A stretch of DNA of 63,859 nucleotides, filler included, from Chiloscyllium plagiosum (lineage: Eukaryota): assembly GCF_004010195.1 (NCBI RefSeq). It is 3 parts of one record of this genome, joined end to end, with 100 filler letters (N's around TTAATTAATTAA, not from the genome) between each part and the next. Parts side by side here need not be neighbours in the genome. Positions count along the whole stretch, not along the records: positions 1 to 31,616 come from NC_057712.1; positions 31,717 to 60,009 come from NC_057712.1; 1 more part is not named here. One strand, 5' to 3'. Both the position numbers and the translations under genes were made by a program. Of the stretch, positions 25,740-37,939 are shown one piece after another. The notes beneath the pieces are model-generated. The model was not told the origin of the DNA and made no database searches. It saw only the letters and a list, made by a program, of their open reading frames with translations. Each line of letters opens with the position of its first letter. Position 1 is the first letter of the stretch.

Positions 25740-26290
25740 CATTTTCCATGGAAGCAGGAAAATGTCTCTGATTTATCAATTCAAACGTCATAACTCATAG
25801 CAACTGCTTCAGGAAAGGTAACTGGTGTCCTTGTGATGTACTTCTAGCCCTTACCTGCTCAGTTACCCGAGAACCAATCAGCTTCACGTGCATATAACTC
25901 CTGGACTCCGGATCGTCTGCACATTACAGGAACCCATAGATACAAAGGGTTCATAATATGTTTTCAATAATTTGCTGTGAAATGATGCAACCTCCCGGTA
26001 AATCCTTGTTTTTAACAAGCAATTCTTTCTCCTTACAGTCCACAGTTTGTAAAAACATAGAAAATTTTAAAATACGGTTTTTAATTGCCTCCTTATGTCA
26101 GGGGCCTTGAGAGACTTTATCAAATGCCTTTTGGAAATCCAAATATTGCTGCAGGGTCCAAAATATGGCAAACTTATGTCACTCTCTCTTTCTCTCACTC
26201 CTGAGAAGTAATCAAACTGCAGGAGACAGTTAGTTGTTTTATTCCACCAGTTGCTATCAGCAAATGTTTTTAACCATCAACTGAAACTTT
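25740..26290 (-). promoter_or_regulatory. Candidate promoter / first exon island for the dnah8-like gene
   Basis: Unique island between Gypsy and CR1 debris. It holds a minus-strand donor GAGCAG|gtaagg (exon end 25855), RFX X-box-like half sites (catagcaac ~25796, gttgctat ~26250), CCAAT ~25874 and CACGTG ~25885. Inference only. Confidence 0.25.
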
Positions 26291-26399
26291 TCAATTAGTA
26301 TGCAACTGCCCCATTTCTTCCATCAAGAATTTAAAGAATCTGGAAATAAAGAGATCAGAGAACAGATCGTCTTGAGAAGCAAACCGGACATAAATAAGA

Positions 26400-29000
26400 T
26401 TTTCTCACATTTGGAGAAGAATGGATTTATTAGGTAGAGTCAGCATGGTAGGAGTGTTCTTGTCTCAAACTTCATTGAAAATTTTGAGGAATTTGGAAGG
26501 GTTTTTTTTTCTGCTGGTGGTGTGTCATCAGCGGTGTTCCACAAGGATCAGTGCTGGAATGTGTGTTTATAACATATTTATAAAACTTTTTCCGGTAAAA
26601 AATGCAGGTACTCTGATTAATTAATAAGTTTGCAGATGGCATGAAAATTGGTGGAGCCATGCAAAGTGAGGAAGGTTATCACCAGATACATTTTGAGAGG
26701 TCAAATGCAAGTGTAAAGTAAATCATAAATGGCAGGACCCTTAGGAGCTCTGAAATACAGAAAAATCTTACAGTCCAATTCCACAGTCCCCAAAGTAGTA
26801 ACGTAAGAAGATAAAGGGTGGTGGTGGAGGGTTGTTTTTCAGACTGGAGGCCTGTGACCAATGGAGTGCCATAAGGATCGGTGCTGGGTCCATTACTTTT
26901 CATCATTTACATAAATGATTTGGATGTGAGCATAAGAGGTACAGTTAGTAAATTTGCTGATGACACCAAAATTGGAGGTGTAGTGGACAGCAAAGAAGGT
27001 TGGGAGGTCATGTTGCGGCTGTACAGGACATTGGTTAGGCCACTGTTAGAATGTTGTGTGCAATTCTGGTCTCCTTCCTATCAGAAAGATGTGAAACTTG
27101 AAAGGGTTCAGAAAAGATTTACAAGGATGTTGTCAGTGTTGGAGGATTTGAGCTATAGGGAGAGGTTGAATAGGCTAAGGCTGTTTTCCCTGGAGTGTCA
27201 GAGGCTGAGAGGTGACCTTATAGAGGTTTATAAAATGATGAGGGACATGGATAGGACAAATAGACAAAGTCTTTTCTTTGGGGTGGGGGAGTCCAGAACT
27301 AGAGGGCATAGGTCTCTTTTATATCTTTTCCCCTCTCACCCTAAACCTATGGGGCAACTTTTTTACTCAGAGGGTGGTACGTGTATGGAATGAGCTGCCA
27401 GAGGAAGTGGTGGAGGCTAGTACAATTGTAATATTTAAAAGAAATCTGGATGGGTATATGAATAGGAACGGTTTGGAGGGATATGGGCCAGGTGCTGGCA
27501 GATGGGACTAGACTCGGTTCGGATATCTGGTCAGCATGGACAAGTTGGACCGAAGGGTCTGTTTCTGTGCTGTGTATCTCTATTACTCTAATATGGTAAA
27601 GGAGACATAGGGCATGCTTGCCTTCATTGGTGAGACAATGAGTATAAAAGTTGGCTAGTACTGTTGGCAAGATTTTAATTAGGCTATATTTGGAGGATTG
27701 CGTGCAGTTCTGGTGACCACACCATAAGAAGGATGTGGAGAAAGTGCAAAAGATGTTTACCAGGATGTTGCCTTGAGTATATCAGCTATAAAGAAAAGTT
27801 GAAAAAACTTGGATTGTTTTTGCTAGAGTGAGGGGTGGCTTGATAGAAATATAAAATTGTGATGCATGGATAGGGTGGAAACGTCAAATACCAGGGGATT
27901 TAGGCTTAAGGTGAGAGGAGAAAAGTTTAAAGGGGATGTGCGAGGAAAGTACTTTTTACGGAGGGGGTGGTAGGTGCCTGGAACGTACTGCCAGGGAAAG
28001 TGGTAGATATGCTAGCAACGTCTAAGACACATTTAGTCAGACACGTGAACAGTCAGGGAATAGTGGGACACAGACCATGTGCTGGTGGATTGGATTAGTT
28101 CAGAATGGAATCATGGCTGACACAAACATGGTGGGCTGAAGGGCCTGTTCCGGTGCTGTGCAGTTCCATGCTCTATCTGAATGTCTATATATTGAGAGAG
28201 GTGAACGTGCAACTGAATGTCCCTGTTGACCAGTGAATGAAGCCAAGCATGTAAGCGCTGCAGGCAGTCAAGACAAATGTTACCTTCATAGCAAGAGAAT
28301 TTGAGTTCAAGAGCAGGAATGCCTTCCTGCAATTATACAGGGAACTAGTGAGACCACACTTGGAATATTGTGTGCAGCTTTGGGTCTCCTTATGAGGTAT
28401 TCTTTTTTTGCTATATTGCAAGTGCAGCAAAAGGTTTACCAGACTGATTCTTGGGTGAGACAGGATTGATATGCGAGGAGAGGTTGAATTGTTAATGATC
28501 ATATTCAGTGGTATCCAGAAGAGAGCGAGTGATGGATCTCAAACCTATAAAATTCTAACTAGATTAGACAGGGTAGGTGTAACATGTTCACAATGATGAG
28601 TGAGTCAAGAAGCAGGGGTGACTGTCTAAGACGGAGTAAAAACAATGACTGCAGATGCTGGAAACCAGATTCTGGATCAGTGGTGCTGGAAGAGCACAGC
28701 AATTCAGGCAGCATCCGAGGACAGGCAAAATCGACGTTTCGGGCAAAAGCCCTTCATCAGGAAGGGCTTCCTGATGAAGGGCTTTTGCCCGAAACGTCGA
28801 TTTTGCCTGTCCTCGGATGCTGCCTGTCTAAGACGGAGGTAGACCAGAGATGAGGAGAATTTCTTCACTCGGAAAGGCACAAGCCTGTGGATTTCGCTAC
28901 CACAAAGCAGTCGAGGCCAAAATATTATATGATTTCAAGATCACTTGGGTTAAAAGGGATCAAACTGTATGGGGAAAAAGTAAGAACAGACTTCCAATAA
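26400..29000 (+). mobile_element. Stack of nested CR1 3' fragments
   Basis: [52 protein letters not shown]; at least three separate 3' ends. Confidence 0.85.
28637..28823. mobile_element. Palindromic PLE-derived mini-element with two intact hammerhead cores back-to-back
   Basis: 15-bp TSD ctgtctaagacggag at 28622-28636 and 28824-28838; CTGATGAAGGGCTTTTGCCCGAAACGTC at 28771-28798 (+) and 28733-28760 (-). Confidence 0.85.
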
Positions 29001-29328
29001 TTGGGTCCTTAAACACTACTAAGCAACTGGGTCACCCAGAGGAATTGGAGTTGATTTCCAGAGGCGGAAGCAACTATGTTAAACTTAAATAATTAGAAGG
29101 AAAGGAGGGCAGTGCTACTGGAATAGATGGGTGAAGGGGTTTTGCAGCAAAGACAGCGCAGGAACAATGACATATGTTTAAGAAAATAATTTATGGTTCA
29201 CATCAAATACATATCCCAGTTTGGAAGGAGGATTCTTGAAAGACGATAAACCAACAATGGCTAGCCAGGCAAGATAAGGATAGCATCAGACTGAAGGGAA
29301 AAAAAACAAAATGTGGAAAAGAGTAAGC

Positions 29329-29637
29329 GGGCGGCACAGTGGCACAGTAGTTAGCACTGCTGCCTCACAGCGCCAGAGACCTGGGTTCAATTCCCGCCTC
29401 AGGCGACTCTCTGTGTGGAGTTTGCACATTCTGCGTGGGTTTCCTCCGGGTGCTCCGGTTTCCTCCCGCAGTCCAAAAATGTGCAGGTTAGGTGAATTGG
29501 CCAAATTAAATTGCCCGTAGTGTTAGATGAAGGGGTAAATGTAGGGGAATGGGTCTGGGTTGCACTTCGGCGAGTCGGTGTGGACTTTTGGGCCGAAGGG
29601 CCTGTTTCCACACTGTAAGTAATCTAATCTAATCTAA
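29329..29637 (+). mobile_element. HE1-type V-SINE
   Basis: Full head, V-domain with a ~10-nt deletion, (aatct)3 tail. Confidence 0.95.
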
Positions 29638-29709
29638 ATTAGTAGTAAAACAGAGGATTGGGAAAATTGGAAACCATCAAAAGGGGATGAAACAAAAAGA
29701 GGAAATCCT

Positions 29710-32400
29710 GAAAGACTCCTTTATCCCTACTCTCTGCCTTCTACCAGTCAGTCAATCCTCTTTCCACACAAGTACCTTGCCCCCAACACCAGAGCCCTAA
29801 TCTTATTTAGCAGCATCGTCTCTGGCACCTTGTCAAAGGCCTTTTGGAAATCCAAATAGATCATGTCCACTGACATTCCTTTGTCAAACTTTCTTGTCAC
29901 CACCTCAAAAGAAATCTTATAGATTTGTCAGGCATGACCTCTCAAAGGCTGTGCTGATTTAGTTTTATTTTACCATGTACTACCAAGTTCTCCGCGATAT
30001 CTCACATTTAATAGTGAACTCTAAAATCTTACCAACATCAGGCTAACTTTTGCCCCCCTCCCTTCTTAAACAGGCATGTTACATTGACCACTTTCCAGTA
30101 CTCTGGGACCCAACCTGACTCTAGTGATTTCTGAAAGACTACCACCAATACCTCCACAATCTCAACTATCTCTTTCAGAAATCTAGGATGTAAGCCCATC
30201 TAGGTGTTATCCACCTTCAGATTTTTCAGTTTTTCCAGCACCTTCTCCTTAGTAATGGCTTCTATTCTCACCTCTGCCCCTGACTCACAAAGTTCTGGTG
30301 TGCTGCTGATGTATTCCACAGTGGGGGAAAAAAAACTGATACAAGCACCTGTACAGTTTTTCCACCATTTCTTTGTTCCCCATTACTACTTCTCCAGCCT
30401 CATTTTCCAGTGGTCCCATGTCCATTCTGATCTTTTTTCTAGATATCCAAAACACTTCTGCAATTTCCGTTCATACTACTAACTAGCTTACTCTCACATT
30501 TCATTTTCTCCCCGATTTATTGCTTTTTATTACTATCCTCTCCTGGTTTTTAAAGGCTTACCAATCTTCTGGCTTCCTATTAATTTTCACCACAGTCTAT
30601 ACTTTTGCCTTCATGTTGTCCCTGACTTCCCTCATCAGCCATGGTTGCCTCTTCCTCCCCTTATGCTTCTTCTCTTTTGGGAAGAATTTCTGCTGTGTTG
30701 CCCAAATTACTCCCAGAAACCCCTGCCACTGCTCTCCAACCTCTTCCCTGCTCAGCTCCTTTTCCAAAAAAGCTCTGGGCAGCTCCTCCCTCATATCTTT
30801 CGGTTACTTTTATTTAATTGAATCAGATATAACATAAAAATCTTCTCCTCTCAAACTGCAGGCTGAATTCTGTCATTTTATAGCCATTGTTCCCTTGGGG
30901 CTCCGTCACAATCAGTTCCCTAATCAAGTCTGCCTCATTACACATCACTAAAACCAAACTGTCTGTTCCATAGTGAACCTACCACAAGCTGCCCCAGAAA
31001 AAATAAATCTCGGACAGTCCACTAATTCCTTTGCTTGAGACAAAATCATTGAAATGATACAGCACAAAATGAGGCCATTGGCCCATCGAGTCCATGCTAA
31101 CCCAAGACACTCAGATGGCATTTCTACTTCCATCTTTCTTGACACAGCCCATAGCACTGCAGTTTATAACATTTAAGATGAAGATTCAAAGAGCATAGGG
31201 TCTCTAGAGCCGACCAGGGAGAAGGCAATTCTGGATCTGGTATTGTGTAACGAACCAGAATTGGTCAGAGACCTCGAAGTGAAGGAGCCATTGGGAAGTA
31301 GTGACCATAATACATTCAGCTTCAATCTGCAATTCGAGAGGGAGAGGGTACAGTCGGAAGTGACAGTACTTCTGTTGAATAAAGGGAACTATGGAGCTAT
31401 GAGGGAGGAGCTGGCCAAAGTTCAATGGTGCAATACCTCAGCAGGGATGACAGTGGAGGAACAATGGCGGATATTTCTGTGTATAATGCAGAAGATGCAG
31501 GATCAGTTCATTCCTAAAAGGAAGAAAGATCCCAGGAGGAGGCAGGGGCGGCCGTGGCTGACGAGGGAAGTAAAGAAACATATAAAGTATAACATAGCAA
31601 AGATAAGTGGGAAAACNNNNNNNNNNNNNNNNNNNNNNNNNNNNNNNNNNNNNNNNNNNNTTAATTAATTAANNNNNNNNNNNNNNNNNNNNNNNNNNNN
31701 NNNNNNNNNNNNNNNNCTTGATTGTCTCAAATTTAACTCTCGTCATTCTTTTAATCCTGACATACCTATGGAAAACCTTAGGGTTAACCCTGACCCTATC
31801 TGCCAACAACTTCTCATGTCTCCTCCTGGCTCTTCTCAGCTCTCTTTATAGGTCTTTCCTGATATCGTTGGAACACTCGAGCGCTCTAACTGTGTTTTCA
31901 CATTTTGTCCTAACATAAGACTTCTTGTTCTTCTTGACCAGGGATTCCACTTCCTTCGTAAACCACGGCTCACGCGTTCTATATCTTCTCCCTGCCTGAC
32001 AGGTACATACTTATCCTGGACACACAGGAGCTTTTCCTTGAATAAGCTCCACATTTTAATGTGCTCACCCCCTGCAGTTTCCTACCCCATTCTACGCTTC
32101 CTAAATCTTACCTCATTGCATCGTAATTTCCCTTCCACCAGCTGAAACTCTTGCTCCGTGGAGTACACCTATCCCTTTCAATCACGAAAGTAAACCTGAG
32201 AGAATTGTGATCGCTGTCTCCAAAGTGCTCACCTACTTCCGAATCTAAAACCTGGCCAGGCTCGTTACCCAGTACTAAATCGAAAGTGGCTTCGTCCCTT
32301 GAAGGCATGTGTACGTACTGTGTCAGGAAGCCCTCCTGCACACACTGGGCAAAAAATGACTCATCTATTGTACTCGTACTGTAGTGATCCCAGTAAATAT
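29710..32400. mobile_element. CR1 ORF2 fragments in alternating orientation (-, + at 31200-31616, - at 31717-32400)
   Basis: EPLGSSDHN, DLVLGNEPGQV..EHFGDSDHN, QPWLMREV. Confidence 0.85.
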
Positions 32401-33138
32401 TTGGATATTGTCTTGAGTGTTCCAGAGTTTTTCATTGTCCCAGAGTCTAGATGAAGTTCGCATTCCTCACGTACGTGAGCGAGAATGATTTCAATGTCTC
32501 AGATCAGTTCCTGTCCCGAGAACATCAGAGTCAATGTCCCGTCCTCTACTCCGTCCGACAGTTCACGCTTCTTGATTCTCCTCTGATTCCATGTCCCAAA
32601 GAGTTTCTCAAGATTTACAAAGCTGGAGCCTAAATTACATGGTTTGCTTCCTAAATATTTTTTCATCTGCCAGCTGACAATATTTCCACAGTATCTCCTC
32701 ACAATCCTCTGGCTTGCACCATGTCCAGGGATGAGAAGTCCCGTTTGGTGGAGAGATTCCCGAGGCTAATGAGTTTCACTTTGGAACAAAGATGGGTAAG
32801 TAGCGATTTCCTGCGGTTGTTTCTAATGATGGAGAGGGAGCGGTGGGGAATGAGCACTTTGACGAGCAGGAGGAAGTGTTGCCAGTGACCCGAGTCAGAG
32901 AACAGTGGACAGGGATTAAAGGAATCGAATTAAAATAGCACTTCTGATCAGGACGTTCAATAACAGTTGCAGAAACCCAATGTGTCGAGCAGTGTATCTG
33001 GAAAGAGAAACAGAGATAGTGTTTTAACTATGGAACATTTCTGATGAAGAACTCGAGTTTCCCAAGTCTAATCAAATTACCGGCCTGGTTCAAAAAATAG
33101 TTTTTCTGAAATTTGTACCAGCAGGAAAGCATCCATAA

Positions 33139-33220
33139 CGTAGTCAGCAGGATTCGAACCTACGTGGGGAAACCCCAACGGATTTCTAATCCATCGCCTT
33201 AACCACTCGGCCATGACTAC
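33139..33220 (-). tRNA. tRNA-Ser(AGA), near-intact; possibly a young pseudogene
   Basis: Minus strand GTAGTCATGGCCGAGTGGTTAAGGCGATGGATTAGAAATCCGTTGGGGTTTCCCCACGTAGGTTCGAATCCTGCTGACTACG, 82 nt. A and B boxes intact, long variable arm, about 6 differences from the recalled vertebrate consensus, all stems still pair (two via G-U). Confidence 0.9.
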
Positions 33221-34087
33221 ATATAGCGCGGAGTATTTGAGCATTGACCAAATCAGCCGTGATCTCATTGAAAGCTCTCGCTGACTTGAGCGAAATGCTT
33301 CCACCTCCTTTCATACCTTTGCTGTCATTTGTAAGATGTGAGACACCAATATAAAAGAAGAAAAGCACAAAGGTAGGAAAAGATATTTGCAGGCAAACTG
33401 AGTCAAAATTATTTATTGAAAGGAAAATCACACTTGGCAATTTGCCATATCTCTTTGCGAACATGACCAGCTGAAGTAAACAGAGGAGCTATTGATCTGA
33501 GTATTCTCGGACCTGAACCAAACAAAGTTTAGTGACATATTCATTTCTTTTTCTGGCGAACGAAATGATCTTTCCTGATGGTTACAATGAAAGAGATGGT
33601 TCCCAATAAAAGACAGAGATTAATTCGCATGTAGATATATTTCAATGTGACACGATTCATTTTCAGTCCCTAATTACCCCAGAGATAAAGGAGATGAGTT
33701 ACTTTTCTTCACTCTTCAACTCCTCAGCACGGAGTTACAAACATGAAACCGCTAAAGATGGAGTTCATGAATTGGGAACAAGAGACACTGAAGAAACTTG
33801 GCAAAAGGGAGGACTGCAGATGCTGGAAACCTGACTTTAGATCAGAGTGATGCTGGAAAAGCACAGCAGGTCAGGCTGCATCCGAGGAGCAGGAGAGTCG
33901 ACGTTTCTGTTGCCAGTCATGCTCCGCTGCACAAACAATTTTCGATTTTGGCTCAGATTTCCAGCACCTGCAGCTATTTGTTTTATGTTAACCTTCATAA
34001 TGTTTTGGACAAAACCAATGACCTGCCGGCATCGGAAAATCGGCAGAAGTACTTGTACGCCGATATGTTTGCTGAACAATACAACCA

Positions 34088-34159
34088 TTCCATGAGCGGG
34101 AATACGATCCGGGCCACAGTGCTGAGAATACCGAATCCTCACAAGTAAGTAACAAGACA
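34088..34159 (-). pseudogene. tRNA-Glu(CTC) pseudogene
   Basis: + strand TTCCATGAGCGGGAATACGATCCGGGCCACAGTGCTGAGAATACCGAATCCTC... aligns without gaps to the reverse complement of tRNA-Glu(CTC); anticodon kept, B box and acceptor stem broken. Confidence 0.75.
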
Positions 34160-34715
34160 AGGCGATAGATACTATCGTATTTGGTGTAAATAAAACACCC
34201 AGTCTGAACATTTTCGTTGCAGAGTGTTTTCAAATTGTCTTCGACGATTTACAAAGTGGGAAAAGGCCATTCTGCCCGTGTGCATTGCGGCTAATCAGAG
34301 AGCCATCCATTCTAGTCGAAGTTCCGAACTTTGGCCCAAAGTCTCACGTGTTCTAATGTTTCCAGGTCAAATGTCAATGAGGTTATCCTATGTTCTTACA
34401 TGGCACAATGATGGGACAGAAGTATAACGAATGACGAGTAGGAGGAAGTGTTGCCACTGACCCGAGTCAGAGAACATTGGACAGGGATTAAAGGAATCGA
34501 ATGAAAAGCAGCAGTTCTGCTCAGGACGTTCAATAACAGCTACAGATGTATCGAGCAGTGTATCTGGAAAGAGAAAAAGAGATAATGTTTTAAATATGGA
34601 ACATTTCTGATGAAGAACTCGAGTTTCCCAAGTCTAATCAAATTACCGGCCTGGTTCACAAAATAGTTTTTCTGAACTTTGAGCGAAAATTATACCAGCA
34701 AGAAAGCATTCATAA

Positions 34716-34798
34716 CATAGTGAGCAGGATTCGAACCTACGTGGGGAAACCACAATATATTTTTTAAACCATCGCCTTTACCACACGGCCATTACTAC
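34716..34798 (-). pseudogene. tRNA-Ser pseudogene, paralog of 33139-33220
   Basis: Same flanks as the first copy; T arm intact (GGTTCGAATCC), anticodon arm degraded to an A/T run. Confidence 0.85.
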
Positions 34799-35221
34799 AG
34801 ACAGCTTGTTCGGGTTGGGCATTGACCAAATCAGCCGTAATCTCATTGAAAGCTGCCGTTGACTTGATGCGCTCAATGCTTCCATTCTCCTCTCCCACCT
34901 CTGCTGTCAATTGTGAGGTGCGAGACACCAAAGTAAAGGAAGAAAAAACAACGTTAGGAAAAGATATTTGCAGCCAAACTGAGTCAAAATTATTGATTGA
35001 AAGGACAATCCCACTTTGGCAATTTGCTAGATCTCTTTGCAAACATGATCAGCAGAGCTGATCAAGAAAGGTATTGATCTGAGTCTTCTTGGACATGAAA
35101 CAATCCAAGGTTAGTGACATATTCATTTCTTTTTCTGGCGAAGGAGCTGGTCTTTCCAGATGCTCACAATGAAAGAGATTTTTCCCAATAAAAGACGGCA
35201 AATAAGTCCCATCTAACGCTG

Positions 35222-35465
35222 ACACCATCGTGAGCGCTGCTGTTTCACAATACCACAGAGTCAGGGTCAATTCCCGCCTCATGCAACTGAATGTGTGGAG
35301 TTTGCACATTCTGCCCGTGGCTGCGTGCACTTGCCGTGGTTTTCTCCCACAGCCCAAAAATGTACCGGTTAGGTGAAATGGCCGTGCTAAATTGACGTGG
35401 TGAATGGAGAGGAATGCATTTGGGCTGGAGCAGGTCGGTGTGGAGTTGCTGGGCCGAAGGACCAA
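35222..35465 (+). mobile_element. Degenerate HE1-type SINE
   Basis: tgtggagtttgcacattct V-domain and gggccgaagg tail. Confidence 0.8.
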
Positions 35466-35928
35466 TGTTCCTCATCTCTTCCCAAACACATTTTCCATCC
35501 TTATCTCCTGAATCAATGTAATTTCTAACCATTGCATAATTGCCACGGAAACTGGGCTTTTCACATGCCTGTGTATGTCATTTTCCAATATTAATTGATC
35601 GTTTACTGTGTTGCAATTGCGCATGTGAAGAAGAAAACATAATAGAGGCAGGTGGTCCTGGGTTTCAAACGCACGTAATTGCAGCTAAAACGCAGATTAC
35701 TGCACACAATGCAATCACGGAAGCATCCACCGAATCGTCAGGAAGCACACAATAAGTACAATGTTGGATGTCAAGTCAGGAACAGGACCAGAAACACAAC
35801 AGAAATACGTCTCTTGGGTACTATTTTGGACGTTTTTCTCAATCAGCTATCGTGTTTTGCATATGTTCCATCGGTCCTTACCTCACACAAGGAAGTAACC
35901 AGTGCTGCAGACGGTCATATAATCCGAG

Positions 35929-36075
35929 GTGAAACTTTATTGCAGGAACCTGAAGAAGGGCATGTGCCCGAAACGTCGAATCTCCTGTTCCCTAGATGCT
36001 GCCTGACCTGCTGTGCTGTTCCAGCAATAAAGTTTCAGCTTTGATCTCCAGCGTCTGCAGACCTCGCTTTCTCCC
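35929..36075 (+). mobile_element. PLE-derived mini-element with hammerhead core and 13-bp TSD
   Basis: TSD catataatccgag at 35916-35928 and 36076-36088; ctgaagaagggcatgtgcccgaaacgtc at ~35950-35977. Confidence 0.8.
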
Positions 36076-36089
36076 CATATAATCCGAGT

Positions 36090-36660
36090 CCCAAGTCCCG
36101 GAGTCAGAGAGACTCAGTGCCCTGTGTGTACCTACAAGGAACAACTGTGCATGGGGTTTATCGGGTAACTGAACTGCATGAATGCAGCTCGATGGTCGTA
36201 TGTCTGCTTCTCCTCTATAGTTTTCTGTGTAGCCCCTGCGTGCAATCTTGTCAACTACGTTTGTCCGGCACAAGATGGGCATTGGTCGCTTGTCTCTGAG
36301 AGAGGCTGTTGGTTTATGTGTTGTCATAATTCCGAGTGTAAGGAGGAATCTGGTTGTCAGTTCCCAGAAACAAACTTTAATAAATGGAATCGTGCTTTGT
36401 AACTTGCCGCGTGGCATATCCTCGCTGCGAATTTCGGGCACTGCGAATCACTTTGCGGGACAATCCTATTTTGACAAAGAATTTGTGTGGCGGTCACGAG
36501 TTGCCACGACCAGCTATCCCTAGTAGCAATTCGGACAAATGGCAAGAACTGCAAATTCGATTCGAGCAGCACAAGGTTAATGTGACAGGGCAAACAGAAG
36601 GCAGTCAGAAGATTTCTGGGTGTAGGGCAATCACCCAAGGTACCTTTTCATATGAAAGTC
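36090..36660. mobile_element. Old Poseidon-type PLE GIY-YIG fragments in inverted arrangement
   Basis: Minus-strand LGIMTTHKPTASLR...CRTNVVDKI; plus-strand cacgaccagctatccctagtagc similar to the 18.5 kb element. Confidence 0.6.
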
Positions 36661-37939
36661 TGTGCATCAGTAGAATCTGTAATCCAAGTAGTCTATGTTG
36701 GTTATTCATATTCCAGACAACTTGTGTTGTTCCCCGTTTACTCTGAAAGTGAATAGACATAGTTACTTCACCGTTATTTCGAAAGAAGATCCTGCATTGA
36801 ATCTGTTCGACGTTATTTGATGCTGTGGTGAAAAGGTGGGCAATCGCGATGTGAAACGTTGCTATACTTTCATTTCATTCATTCCTGTCCTGGTGAGGGA
36901 GAAAGGTGATCACCGGGGCATTAATGGCCTAATTTAATCACGGATACAATTGGAAATGTTCACTGTTATTGGTTCGTTGTTGTTCTGTTTTGTTTTATGA
37001 TACTTGAGCACTTTCTGGGACTTGGCAATAAACTAAATCTCCAGTAGGTTTGGAATTGCCTCGCTGTTACTTGTGCGAGCGGTTCATGTCAGAGACGACT
37101 CACAGTGCATCACAGACAGCACTTAAGCTTCGGTGTGTCTGATCATGGTACTGCCTTTTCTGTTCTGATTCTGTTCCACGTTAAGAGCTGTCAGGTATTG
37201 GATTCGCTGGAGAGGAAAATGGGTAATGCGATATGTGAGGTACTTTTCTTTAGCCAAAATATTTGATGGCGAACTTGGGAAAGTGTCAAGAAGAATGGTC
37301 ATTGGCAGCAAATATCCGAAAAACCTTCATCTCTGAATCGGTTGGGCCCATCCACCCTCCAAACAAAATAGCCAAACTCGCTGACTGAGTAACAAACATC
37401 ATGCGTTTTCTTTTTTGCAAATGGTGTATTCAAACCGTTGCCGGTGGCTGGAGCATCTCAGAGTTGTCGAGCATGGAAACAAATCCCGCGAGCCAACTTG
37501 CCCTTGCGAAACAAATAACCGAAATTAATCCATTCATATCTTACAATATTTGTGCCTTATCTCTCCGAGGTCTTCCTGTCTGTACACCCATTCAGATGCC
37601 TTTGAAATGTTGTGAGTGCACCAGACTCTGCCACTAAATGTGGCAATTCATTCCACACACAGAAAAGTTCTGTGTGAAAAACATGTGTCCCTCGCATCCC
37701 TTTTAAAATTTTCCTCTCTCACATTAAATGTTTGCAATGTAGATTTGAACTCGGGTGTCTTGTGATAAAGTGCTCCCTGACTATTTACTTTGTCTGTCTT
37801 CCTCATGATTTTATAAGCTTCTGAGAGGCCATATCTAAGCCCAGAAGCTCCTGGGAATCTGACGAAGCCTATTCAGTTTCGTTCTCACCTCCAAGCAGTG
37901 CAAACCTTTCAAATCCTTGTAAAGGTTTTCTAAACGTAC

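Larger units (their letters stand above)
32860..35195. repeat. Direct segmental duplication of ~760 bp (32860-33615 and 34432-35195), each copy holding a tRNA-Ser
   Basis: Long shared strings, e.g. gacccgagtcagagaaca, ggaacatttctgatgaagaactcgagtttcccaagtctaatcaaattaccggcctggttca, ttagtgacatattcatttctttttctggcgaa. Confidence 0.9.

Noticed and set aside
31661..31672. TTAATTAATTAA flanked by N runs (also at 60054-60065)
   Set aside because: Identical all-frame-stop palindromes centred in gaps are scaffolding linkers, not genomic sequence.
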